The translations under genes were made by a program, and so were the position numbers. 38,333 bases of DNA from a virus, in IMG/VR virus record IMGVR_UViG_3300009960_000009, positions 1 through 38,333 of that record. One strand, 5' to 3'. Below, in pieces: positions 8,030-16,102 of the stretch. The notes beneath the pieces are model-generated. The model searched no databases, had not been told where the DNA came from, and saw only the letters and a program-made list of their open reading frames with translations. Positions within the stretch are counted from its first letter, which is position 1. Every line of letters starts with the position of its first letter.

Positions 8030-9373
8030 TTATGCAGATTCTCGCGGGTCTCCTAAATATTCTGCGAGCCCAGCGGTAGGAGCTAAAGCGCCAAGCCCTA
8101 GCACGTACGGTGATTTGCCGCGCTTGCCAGTCTTAGCTAAATAGGATAGCGCCAAATCTAAATCACCTTTATCGACGTATTTATTGATGTTATTGACGCC
8201 TAGCTTTTTCAAATCGTCTATTACTTGCTGTGACGAGCCTTCTGGAATATAGGCGCTATGGAATTCGTTGCCGCCAACTACACGGCGGGGTTTTGCTTCA
8301 AAATACGAAACGGGCACTTCTTTGTACAATTTTTTTAAATTAGTTACGTCATCTGCGACGTCATTAGGTAATTCACTTTTAGCAGCTTTTAGCTTGCTGG
8401 GGCTTTTCAGCGCGTCATTAAGGTACTCTGTAGCGCTATCATCTAGCCCAAAGTTTAGCCCCTCAAATTGCGGTAAGTCAGATTCTTTGACACGCTCAAG
8501 AACGTTGCTAAATAAATTATCAGCAACCTCTTTTGTCGCTTCTCCAGTTCGATTATCTATTAACCTGTACTTATTTTTATATAAATCATCTAAGCTATTG
8601 AGCTTTCTTGTGTTGTCAATGTAGGCTTGCGTATTAGGAGGTGTCCACCCCTGCTCACCGCTAATAGCAGCTAGTTCATTCATGGCGTCACTTGCATTTT
8701 GGGCTGTAAGAGGCAGCTCCTTTTCTGTTCCGCGTTTATTAGTATATTTTATTATTTTGTCGCCGCGTAATTTATCAAGATTCTCTTGAGCAAATTTATT
8801 AAATTCAGGATTGCCTCTAATCTCTGACGTGTATGCATCAGCAAATTGCGGATTTTGCAGCTGAAAAGCGTCTCGCATGGCTGGGCTGTAAAGCTCGTCC
8901 AGGTCCAAATTACTCCTAGCAGAGGCGTTGGACATATTATTGGCTGCCGCAAATTCTCTCAGCGCATCATCGTTCATTTTATATGTTGTGTTTGGAAAAC
9001 GCGGCGAATAAATATCTCGGTCGCCAAGTATCACTTTAGAAGCTGCGTTAGCTGGGTCTACCATGTCTCGGTTAGCCACCATTACGATGTCGCCAAAGTC
9101 GCTACCTGGCAAAAAATTGGTACCTTTATTGGCGTCAACAACAGCCATAGACGGCTGCACAAAACCTCCTAAATCGGCCGCTCCACGCAGTTTTTCGGGC
9201 GTTAGTTGGTGAGTTGCGATTAGATTACCGTACTTATCAGCAATATCATCAGCACTGTTTTTGGACATAAACTTAATAACGTCGTCAGAATAATTAGACG
9301 CTATTTTATCAGCAACGTCGTCGCCGGCGTTCTTGAATATTCCGCTAAACAATCGGCTCAGGCTGCTCATCAC
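8030..9373 (-). CDS. Hypothetical head-morphogenesis or minor virion protein.
   Basis: 447-aa ORF directly downstream of, and overlapping, the portal candidate. Confidence 0.4.
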   Translation of the reverse strand: MMSSLSRLFSGIFKNAGDDVADKIASNYSDDVIKFMSKNSADDIADKYGNLIATHQLTPEKLRGAADLGGFVQPSMAVVDANKGTNFLPGSDFGDIVMVANRDMVDPANAASKVILGDRDIYSPRFPNTTYKMNDDALREFAAANNMSNASARSNLDLDELYSPAMRDAFQLQNPQFADAYTSEIRGNPEFNKFAQENLDKLRGDKIIKYTNKRGTEKELPLTAQNASDAMNELAAISGEQGWTPPNTQAYIDNTRKLNSLDDLYKNKYRLIDNRTGEATKEVADNLFSNVLERVKESDLPQFEGLNFGLDDSATEYLNDALKSPSKLKAAKSELPNDVADDVTNLKKLYKEVPVSYFEAKPRRVVGGNEFHSAYIPEGSSQQVIDDLKKLGVNNINKYVDKGDLDLALSYLAKTGKRGKSPYVLGLGALAPTAGLAEYLGDPRESA

Positions 9374-11477
9374 CGCCTCCTAGCAAAACACTCAACACAC
9401 CAGCATCTTGCGGCATCTGTGGAGCTTGCATATCACCCATCTGCGGCATAGCTGGCATCTGTCCGGCATCTATTGGCTGCTGTTCTGCTGGAATCATCTG
9501 CTGTTGCTGAGGCATTGGCTCTGGCGGCTCTGGCGTGATTGGCAGGCTAGGGTCAACTAGCAGCCCCTGCTGGTCGTCCTCCTCTAGTTTGGCGCGCTGC
9601 GCTAGACCAACGACACTCTTCTTAATGAAATCAATCCAGTTCTGCCGATTGTTCTCGTCTGCATAGAGAAACTCATCTGTCAGCATCAACTGGCGAGCCG
9701 CTTTAATGTAGCTAGGCTTAATATTGTTGCGAATATTTACTTCGCCGCCGTTCATAAATACACTAAAGTCGATATACGCCCCTCTATCTGATACTTCTGA
9801 ATCGATTTCGTTTAGTAGCGACATTGGGTCAACCTTAAACTGCACAAGATTGCCATAACGCTTTGACGAATCTTTGAGCGATAGGTCTTTATAAAGCGTG
9901 TATGGATCGATAAGCCCCATCTTGGCTAAGTTCATCGCCACGTTTTCGCGGCGCTCGCGGTCTACTCGCAAGAGCGAGCCGTGCGATATCGAAATGTTGG
10001 CAATGTTCGGGATAGTTGCGCGAGACAACTGCACAGAGACGAATTTACCGTCTGTATCACGAGTAGCGAACGATTTGCTCTCGTCATAGTAGACTTTCAT
10101 CATCTGAACTAGCAACCTGAAGTAGTCGTCAAGCCCGCTCTCGAGGCAGCGGACCACCTCATCTTGCCGTCCGCCAGCCTGGCCTTGAATCATCTTAGCC
10201 TCGCCCAGTGTGCCGACGTCGCGTTTGCTGTCGTCGCCGCGGAACTGGCTTGGCGTACCTAAAACGTTATGGATAGCATTTTTTGTATTCTGATAATCCT
10301 CAATAACGTAGCTCGGCAATAAATGCGGTGATATCTCACCGAATGCGCTCTGAATCGGCTGCTCTGGCTGAGTGTCAAGGCGTAGCACCTGTCGAGGGTC
10401 TCTAGTCAAATTGGCGGCATCCTCTTCGTTGAGCGCCTCAGACTTAAACACAAGCACACTGTTAGCTGTATCAGCATTCTCGATAATCTGTCGGCCGCGC
10501 TTATTCAGAGCATCTTGCAGCGGGATTACCTGCTCGATAGGCGAAGTCTGGTCGATTAAGCTTGAGCCGTCATTGAGGTAATTGAAGAATAGGTATGGCT
10601 TAGTCGGCAAGTCTACGAAATTTTTAATGCTTAGACTCTCGCTTTTGTACAGATAATTAGGATTGCGGCGTTTATCAAGTACTACGCTGCCGAAATACCA
10701 AGCAACACACTCGCGCTCTTCATCTGGCGCAGATTCGTCAGTAAACCAAATCTCGTTATAGGCGACAATCTCGTTAAGTAGCTTGTTAGTTTTGCGCTCG
10801 CGGCCAAGCTCTCGCATGATTTCAGATTCTTTGTCTGGAAACTTGCGCAGCAGCGTCGCTACAGAGTCTGTACAGATTTCGCATAGAAATGTTGGATTCT
10901 CGCCTAAACGGCAATCTTTGTCAAGAATCAAACGGCGCGGGTCAACCACGACAGGCACGATATCTTTCGTGATATCGTCATACTTTAACTTAATAACACC
11001 TACGCGATGCACGTAAAGATTACGCGCCACTGCTTTAATCTTATCGCTGAGCTTGAATTTTTCGCAGTGGATATTGATAGCCGTCTCTAAATCTTGCGCC
11101 ATCACCAGAGACTGTGTGGTGTCGTCTTCAGGCACTACTTCGCATGATGGCGTGTTGGCTGAAACGTACGCTAAAATTGCCTGGATACCAACATAAATCT
11201 GGTTGTCGGTATACGGCACCTGGTAATCGTAAAGCTCGCTTGTATCGATTTGCTTGCCGAGCAGGTAGCGTTCGTTCTTATTACGAGCGTACTTTAAGTT
11301 GTAGCCTTTGCGGCTGTCCCAATACGTTTGAGAATCGAGCGTCCAGCGCTTAAAGTTGCCAATCAGAGATTTATCGTCTAAATCCAGCGACAGAGACGAC
11401 CGTTCGTCAACTACACCTGTATCTTCAGTAACGTCGTTGACGCTGCTGTCTGAAAATAGCTGAGATTCATCGTTCAT
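9345..11477 (-). CDS. Putative portal protein with a Pro/Gln/Met-rich low-complexity C-terminus.
   Basis: 710-aa ORF immediately downstream of TerL. Size and synteny fit portal. C-terminus is PEPPEPMPQQQQMIPAEQQP... Confidence 0.55.
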   Translation of the reverse strand: MNDESQLFSDSSVNDVTEDTGVVDERSSLSLDLDDKSLIGNFKRWTLDSQTYWDSRKGYNLKYARNKNERYLLGKQIDTSELYDYQVPYTDNQIYVGIQAILAYVSANTPSCEVVPEDDTTQSLVMAQDLETAINIHCEKFKLSDKIKAVARNLYVHRVGVIKLKYDDITKDIVPVVVDPRRLILDKDCRLGENPTFLCEICTDSVATLLRKFPDKESEIMRELGRERKTNKLLNEIVAYNEIWFTDESAPDEERECVAWYFGSVVLDKRRNPNYLYKSESLSIKNFVDLPTKPYLFFNYLNDGSSLIDQTSPIEQVIPLQDALNKRGRQIIENADTANSVLVFKSEALNEEDAANLTRDPRQVLRLDTQPEQPIQSAFGEISPHLLPSYVIEDYQNTKNAIHNVLGTPSQFRGDDSKRDVGTLGEAKMIQGQAGGRQDEVVRCLESGLDDYFRLLVQMMKVYYDESKSFATRDTDGKFVSVQLSRATIPNIANISISHGSLLRVDRERRENVAMNLAKMGLIDPYTLYKDLSLKDSSKRYGNLVQFKVDPMSLLNEIDSEVSDRGAYIDFSVFMNGGEVNIRNNIKPSYIKAARQLMLTDEFLYADENNRQNWIDFIKKSVVGLAQRAKLEEDDQQGLLVDPSLPITPEPPEPMPQQQQMIPAEQQPIDAGQMPAMPQMGDMQAPQMPQDAGVLSVLLGGGDEQPEPIV

Positions 11478-11530
11478 ATCTCAATATTATCACACTAATT
11501 GTATCCTACCTCTATTAAAAATAAGGAAAA

Positions 11531-13159
11531 TTAAATCGTACGCCAATCTTTATTTTTGCGGTTGCCACGTTTAATCATGTCGTTTAAGTCTAAGCCGATG
11601 TCTTTCAGATTGACTTTTTGTCCACCGACAAACGACAAATTCGGCTTAGCTTTGAGCTCTGATTTATTTAGCAGCATGCCGCGCTCGCGGTTAGCTGTCA
11701 GTAGAGTATAGAATAGCGCGTCTAGAGCGTGATCGACGTTGTTGTTGTCTAACTCTTCGCCGCCAGAATCTTTGGCATAAATAATCGTCGGCAACGTCTC
11801 AATCAGATATTCGCACGTACGGTGAATCTGAATAGACGGCTTGCCGTCTTTGGCCGGAGCAAACATAGCGTGCAGACTGTTGATAGCAGACTTCTTGACG
11901 TCGCGAACTAGCTTGCTAGATTTAACTATTCGCGGACGCTTATCGGCTGGCAGGGTTTGCAGCGTTTGCTTGAATACGTCAGCGATAGGTTTATTACCGC
12001 CTAGATGCGAAAAAGCGTCGTGTGGCAGCGCTAAAACGTCGACAGGATCCTTTTCTTGAATTTTTGCGAACTCATCTGCCCACCACTGAGGATTTTTGTG
12101 GTTGTCATGCCGCTCGCGATAAATAAACGCCCGTTCCTGATTTTCAGTGATTCTGTCGAACGTAGCCCACAAAATTACACATTCGTCGTTATATCCCCAG
12201 TCCATACCAGCGATTCTGAACGAGCCTTTAAAGTCTTTAGAGCTGATGCCCCAATCTGAGAAATTACTAAACACATGCAGATTATGCTTGAAATCGTCGA
12301 ACACAGCACCGAATTGCACGTCCCAATCGCCGTGTCGCCAGGCTTGATAGAGCTCAGGGTCAATCTCTTGAAGCGACTCAAGATACTGCACGTATTCAGG
12401 GTCATTTTCAAGCAGTATCGGATTACTGTCGAGCGTAGCTGGCACGTACGCGCGCCACAGACCTGTTTTTTTATCGATTATAGTTTGCCAATTTGTTACC
12501 TGTTCAACACCTTTATTGTCTATCCACTTGTATTGATGCTTGATTCTGATCGTAGTTTTCGGGTCGGGCGTGACGAACCGCTTCTTGACCCACGCCATGC
12601 CAATTCCACCTGGATTTGTAGTGCAGAAAATTTGCGGGAATAAGTCTGGATATTTCGAGCGCGCAGAGCCAGTTAGCTTGAGATACATATCCTCGCGAGG
12701 TATCTGAGTGAGCTCCTCGATATTGATACGGTGATATTCGTGTCCCTGATACTTCGAATAGGCGTCATCGTCTTTGAGGTGTCTACCCAATATTCTGCCA
12801 ATCCGGTGTCTATTGCCACCTGAGATTGTCATCGGCTTGCGACGCAGCTTCGCTCCCATTGCACGGAACGCAATCTCTGCGCGGTCCTCAAAGTCAGTTA
12901 AATCCTCAGCGTTACGACGAATGACGAGCTGCTTGGTGCGCGGATCAGCTAATCGCTCACCTAGTATCGCTATTGAGGCGTCTGTCTTGCCAGGACCGCG
13001 AGCGCCGCCGAATAGTATTTCGCGGTATCGCTTGTCGCGGCTCAACGCGATAGCGAGTGTTTGAGGACCTGGAAATGGGACCCAGTACCCCTGTTCGCGA
13101 TACTGATTAGCGAGATTTGAGCTCAATACCTCATTGTTTACACGTTTGCGCTTCGCCAT
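11531..13159 (-). CDS. terL: Terminase large subunit (ATPase + nuclease).
   Basis: Walker A GGARGPGKTD. TTNPGG motif. C-terminal nuclease-like MDWGYNDECV...D..LD. Confidence 0.85.
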   Translation of the reverse strand: MAKRKRVNNEVLSSNLANQYREQGYWVPFPGPQTLAIALSRDKRYREILFGGARGPGKTDASIAILGERLADPRTKQLVIRRNAEDLTDFEDRAEIAFRAMGAKLRRKPMTISGGNRHRIGRILGRHLKDDDAYSKYQGHEYHRINIEELTQIPREDMYLKLTGSARSKYPDLFPQIFCTTNPGGIGMAWVKKRFVTPDPKTTIRIKHQYKWIDNKGVEQVTNWQTIIDKKTGLWRAYVPATLDSNPILLENDPEYVQYLESLQEIDPELYQAWRHGDWDVQFGAVFDDFKHNLHVFSNFSDWGISSKDFKGSFRIAGMDWGYNDECVILWATFDRITENQERAFIYRERHDNHKNPQWWADEFAKIQEKDPVDVLALPHDAFSHLGGNKPIADVFKQTLQTLPADKRPRIVKSSKLVRDVKKSAINSLHAMFAPAKDGKPSIQIHRTCEYLIETLPTIIYAKDSGGEELDNNNVDHALDALFYTLLTANRERGMLLNKSELKAKPNLSFVGGQKVNLKDIGLDLNDMIKRGNRKNKDWRTI

Positions 13160-13267
13160 ACTTATCTCATATTTGATATTAAATTTTGAGGGCTATTTTC
13201 ATTTTCCCGCATTTTCGTTGTCTCTTTTTCTAAAAAACGTCCAAAATATACCACCCAGCGCATATTT

Positions 13268-13672
13268 TTACTTCAAATACTCTTCACCAGCCTGTTTTTT
13301 AATGTCGTCATTGATAAAGTCGCTAGGTGCTGAAGGTATAATAAACCCTTTGATAACCACTGCAGCGTCGCCAGAGATATCGAGGTCGATATCATGCTTA
13401 GGTCGTCCCTCGACGCGATCAGTTATCTCTTTAGTATTCTTTAGCGCTAACTCGCCATCAGCAGTAGATATCGCTGCTTGAACGCGTTTATAAGCTATCT
13501 CTTGAAATGGGTTAGCTGGTGTGAATTTCTTGAATTCAGCGTTATTCATTCGCCCCAGTTTGTTGTACCAATACGAGACTGACGTCTCTTTTGACCACTT
13601 GCCGTTACTACGATTTTCTGGGTGATCGCCGAAACCACCTTTACCTTTTGGGTTATTATTTCTACGTGCCAT
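13268..13672 (-). CDS. Putative terminase small subunit / DNA-binding packaging protein. The track's GTG start at 13714 is probably an N-terminal over-extension.
   Basis: Basic N-terminus MARRNNNPKGKGGFGDHPENRSNGKW. Position is immediately upstream of TerL. The internal ATG at 13672 sits 7 nt after a TATAAT. Confidence 0.4.
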   Translation of the reverse strand: MARRNNNPKGKGGFGDHPENRSNGKWSKETSVSYWYNKLGRMNNAEFKKFTPANPFQEIAYKRVQAAISTADGELALKNTKEITDRVEGRPKHDIDLDISGDAAVVIKGFIIPSAPSDFINDDIKKQAGEEYLK

Positions 13673-13679
13673 AATTCTA

Positions 13680-13707
13680 ATTATACAATAAACAAAATCT
13701 TCTGCAA
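13680..13707 (-). promoter_or_regulatory. Sigma70-like promoter for the late/packaging operon: -35 TTGCAG, 16-nt spacer, -10 TATAAT, then 7 nt to the ATG. Predicts a leaderless or near-leaderless mRNA.
   Basis: Minus-strand reading ttgcagaagattttgtttattgTATAATtagaattATG. Confidence 0.5.
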
Positions 13708-13722
13708 TTTTCACAAAAACCC

Positions 13723-13751
13723 TTGACTTTTACAAGCCGGCTTGCTATACT
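13723..13751 (+). promoter_or_regulatory. Sigma70-like early promoter: -35 TTGACT, 17-nt spacer, -10 TATACT. It is divergent from the late promoter.
   Basis: ccTTGACTtttacaagccggcttgcTATACTaaag. Confidence 0.55.
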
Positions 13752-13850
13752 AAAGACAGTTAGATAAGAAACGGCACAGATAAATCACAAGGTGCGACAG
13801 TCAACAATCTGACTAGTAATAACTAATCAATAAAAGAAAGGGCTATAAAA

Positions 13851-14129
13851 ATGTCACGACAAGAAGTAAAAGATAAGACATTTATACGAGTTACTAGTCA
13901 GTTTACAGCTGGTGGTATTCAGTTCAATATCTTTATACACAACAGCACACACGCCAACACAGCACCAATCAATATGATGCGTGGCTTACGTAATAAAGAC
14001 GCTAAAAAGCTAAACGAGTTTCTAGATAAATACTCTGACGCTCAGCCGTTTGATGGGCTAGAGGTCATAAACGAGCTGGACGGTGCACGCACGAAGCGCT
14101 TTATAAAAGAAATTCGAGAGTATCGATAG
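13851..14129 (+). CDS. Hypothetical early protein.
   Basis: Preceded by the conserved element AATAAAAGAAAGGGCTATAAAAATG. Confidence 0.55.
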   Translation: MSRQEVKDKTFIRVTSQFTAGGIQFNIFIHNSTHANTAPINMMRGLRNKDAKKLNEFLDKYSDAQPFDGLEVINELDGARTKRFIKEIREYR

Positions 14130-14199
14130 CTCTAGATAGCCGCGCCGGCGGCATTGTAGCCGGCAAATAATATTTTAAGAAAAGTGAGTATAAACTTTT

Positions 14200-14508
14200 A
14201 TGAAAATAGTAATTCGCTGGAATAATACGTACGACAACGGCTTAGGACACCGCACAACAGTCATAAAGTCCGAGAAGCCTAAAACATCAGCTGAGCTAAT
14301 TGTAGGCTGGATGACGGCTCATGGACGCTCTCTCGACGAAATTATCATTCACGATATAGTCGTAGACAATTTCGATCAGAAAATTCGCGGCCGCAAAACA
14401 ACGCAGAAGTTAACACCTGAGCAGCTAAGCGAGCGTGGACGAAAAGGTGCGCTCGCCAGTGCTAAGGCGCGAGCAGCTAAGAAAAAACTTAAAGAAAGCG
14501 AGGTATAA
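14200..14508 (+). CDS. Hypothetical early protein with a basic C-terminus.
   Basis: ORF with AAGAAAAGTGAG upstream. Confidence 0.5.
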   Translation: MKIVIRWNNTYDNGLGHRTTVIKSEKPKTSAELIVGWMTAHGRSLDEIIIHDIVVDNFDQKIRGRKTTQKLTPEQLSERGRKGALASAKARAAKKKLKESEV

Positions 14509-14595
14509 TGCAAGCAGCTGTATATTTCATCGGCTGGTACTTGATTGGGCTGGCCGTTGCAATGATTATTAACCACTTTAAAAAACGTAAGTAGG
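14509..14595 (+). CDS. Small hydrophobic protein (28 aa, MQAAVYFIGWYLIGLAVAMIINHFKKRK). It is absent from the ORF track because of its length.
   Basis: ATG immediately after the upstream stop (TAATG). Single TM helix. Confidence 0.35.
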
Positions 14596-14774
14596 AGAAC
14601 TGACGTGAGTGATATTGAAACTAAACTAGAGAACTTGACTAACGAGGAAATGATTGATTTGATGCATCATCAATACACGCGATTCAAAGCGCTTAACAAG
14701 CTTCAAATCAACTTGCATGCCTTGTGGAGACGCTGGATTCGCACTAAATAACAGATTAATCGTGCACCTACCTA

Positions 14775-14803
14775 TTGACAACACATACTGCATATGCTAT
14801 AAT
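14775..14803 (+). promoter_or_regulatory. Consensus sigma70 promoter: -35 TTGACA, 17 nt, -10 TATAAT.
   Basis: cctaTTGACAacacatactgcatatgcTATAATgctag, then the conserved AAAAGAAAGGGTTATAAAATG element. Confidence 0.7.
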
Positions 14804-14835
14804 GCTAGTATAAACATAAAAGAAAGGGTTATAAA

Positions 14836-15108
14836 ATGTTTAGAAATATCAACAAATCTAAGAATGAAAATCTCAACGTAATCTACAAATCAGACGAGGC
14901 TACTCGTCGTGCTATCGACGCTCTATACGTATCGAAGCGCAATCGTACTAAAGCAGTAATAGCTGCTACGGTTATATCGCTACTACTTGGTCTAGTAGCT
15001 GGAACATTAATCGGCACGAAGGTACTTAGCAAAGCTATTGATAGCAAGTCTACTGTACGCGTTGAGGTATCTGATTCTTTAAAAGCAAAGGTCCAGCCAA
15101 GCAAATAA
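14836..15108 (+). CDS. Small membrane protein (one TM helix).
   Basis: AIAATVISLLLGLVAGTLIG hydrophobic segment. Conserved translation-initiation element upstream. Confidence 0.55.
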   Translation: MFRNINKSKNENLNVIYKSDEATRRAIDALYVSKRNRTKAVIAATVISLLLGLVAGTLIGTKVLSKAIDSKSTVRVEVSDSLKAKVQPSK

Positions 15109-15135
15109 AGCAAGCGGGGGCGATAGCACAGGTTG
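15108..15135. terminator. GC-rich hairpin GGGGGCGA-(12-nt loop)-TCGCCCCC. Possible terminator; a T-rich tract is present only on the minus-strand side.
   Basis: Perfect 8-bp G/C stem immediately after the stop of 14836..15108. Confidence 0.4.
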
Positions 15136-15158
15136 TCGCCCCCCCCTCACCAAAGCCT

Positions 15159-15476
15159 TTGACTAATTGCGAGATAGTCAAAGCTGAGGTTGCTAAGTAT
15201 TCTGGCTGGAACATTGGTATCATGACCGCAATAAGCAAGGCTGAGAGTGGCTGCCGATTAAACGCTCGTGGTGATAATCATTTAACTTTTCAGCAAAACG
15301 GTCGAACCTACGGTTATAGCCTAGGTCCTTTGCAGGTACGAATTTTGCCAGGGCGCGAGCACTGCGATACTCTAGATACTTCGATACTAGTGCGATGCGC
15401 GTATGATATCTATAAGAGTCAAGGCTACAGAGCATGGTCAGTTTATTTAAACGGTAGTTATGCGCGCTTTTTATAA
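15159..15476 (+). CDS. Rpf/transglycosylase-like (lysozyme-fold) small protein. Start uncertain: TTG at 15159 or internal ATG at 15222.
   Basis: AISKAESGCRLNARGDN...GYSLGPLQVRI...SQGYRAWSVY resembles the transglycosylase-like CESGG / GLFQI / ...G.AW motifs. Confidence 0.5.
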   Translation: MTNCEIVKAEVAKYSGWNIGIMTAISKAESGCRLNARGDNHLTFQQNGRTYGYSLGPLQVRILPGREHCDTLDTSILVRCAYDIYKSQGYRAWSVYLNGSYARFL

Positions 15477-15793
15477 AAGATAATCAAGTCGTCGTGGTCG
15501 TCGTCTGGCAGGTCAAAATTATAGGCATAATCTGCTACAGCTTCGTTAGGCTTAACTAGATCCTCGTCTTGTAGAATTTGAAACGAGGCACGCGCAGCAA
15601 ATGCTGTGTATGATTGCCTAATCAAATCGCAAATCAGTTTGCGAGCATCTTTAGAAATCTCGCTATCTTTAATATTTCGGACGGCAAAGTCCATGCCTAC
15701 GCTCAAATTCAAAATGTCGCAGATAATGTCTGCCTGCTGGTTCTTGACTCGTAAAGTCTGAAAATCTGATAAATCATTGCTGTTCTGGCTCAT
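15458..15793 (-). CDS. Hypothetical acidic protein, in an operon with GroES/EL.
   Basis: ORF. Overlaps 15774..16028 by 20 nt (coupled). Confidence 0.45.
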   Translation of the reverse strand: MSQNSNDLSDFQTLRVKNQQADIICDILNLSVGMDFAVRNIKDSEISKDARKLICDLIRQSYTAFAARASFQILQDEDLVKPNEAVADYAYNFDLPDDDHDDLIIFYKKRA

Positions 15794-16028
15794 TTTCGCC
15801 CTCCTCTTCTATAAAGCCATAATTTTTCGCATCATCTGGGAAATAATCTATAAAATCTTGATTGGAAGAGCCATCGCGGTTGTATGGTTGTATCAGGTTG
15901 TGAGCATGCGCTTCAGCTTGACGCTCGAGAACAAATTGCTCGTGGATTCCAGCTACAGTAGTGTCTGTCTGCTGCTGAGCGTCAGGCTTGCTGTTTCGAT
16001 AGTAAACTCCATTTTTTATGTAGCCCAT
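15774..16028 (-). CDS. Hypothetical acidic protein.
   Basis: ORF downstream of GroEL. Confidence 0.4.
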   Translation of the reverse strand: MGYIKNGVYYRNSKPDAQQQTDTTVAGIHEQFVLERQAEAHAHNLIQPYNRDGSSNQDFIDYFPDDAKNYGFIEEEGENEPEQQ

Positions 16029-16102
16029 TTTAATCGAGATAGCCGTACGATTGGCCCTCCTTTAGTTTTTTTCTATTTTCGTAACGATAAATAGCATATC
16101 TA

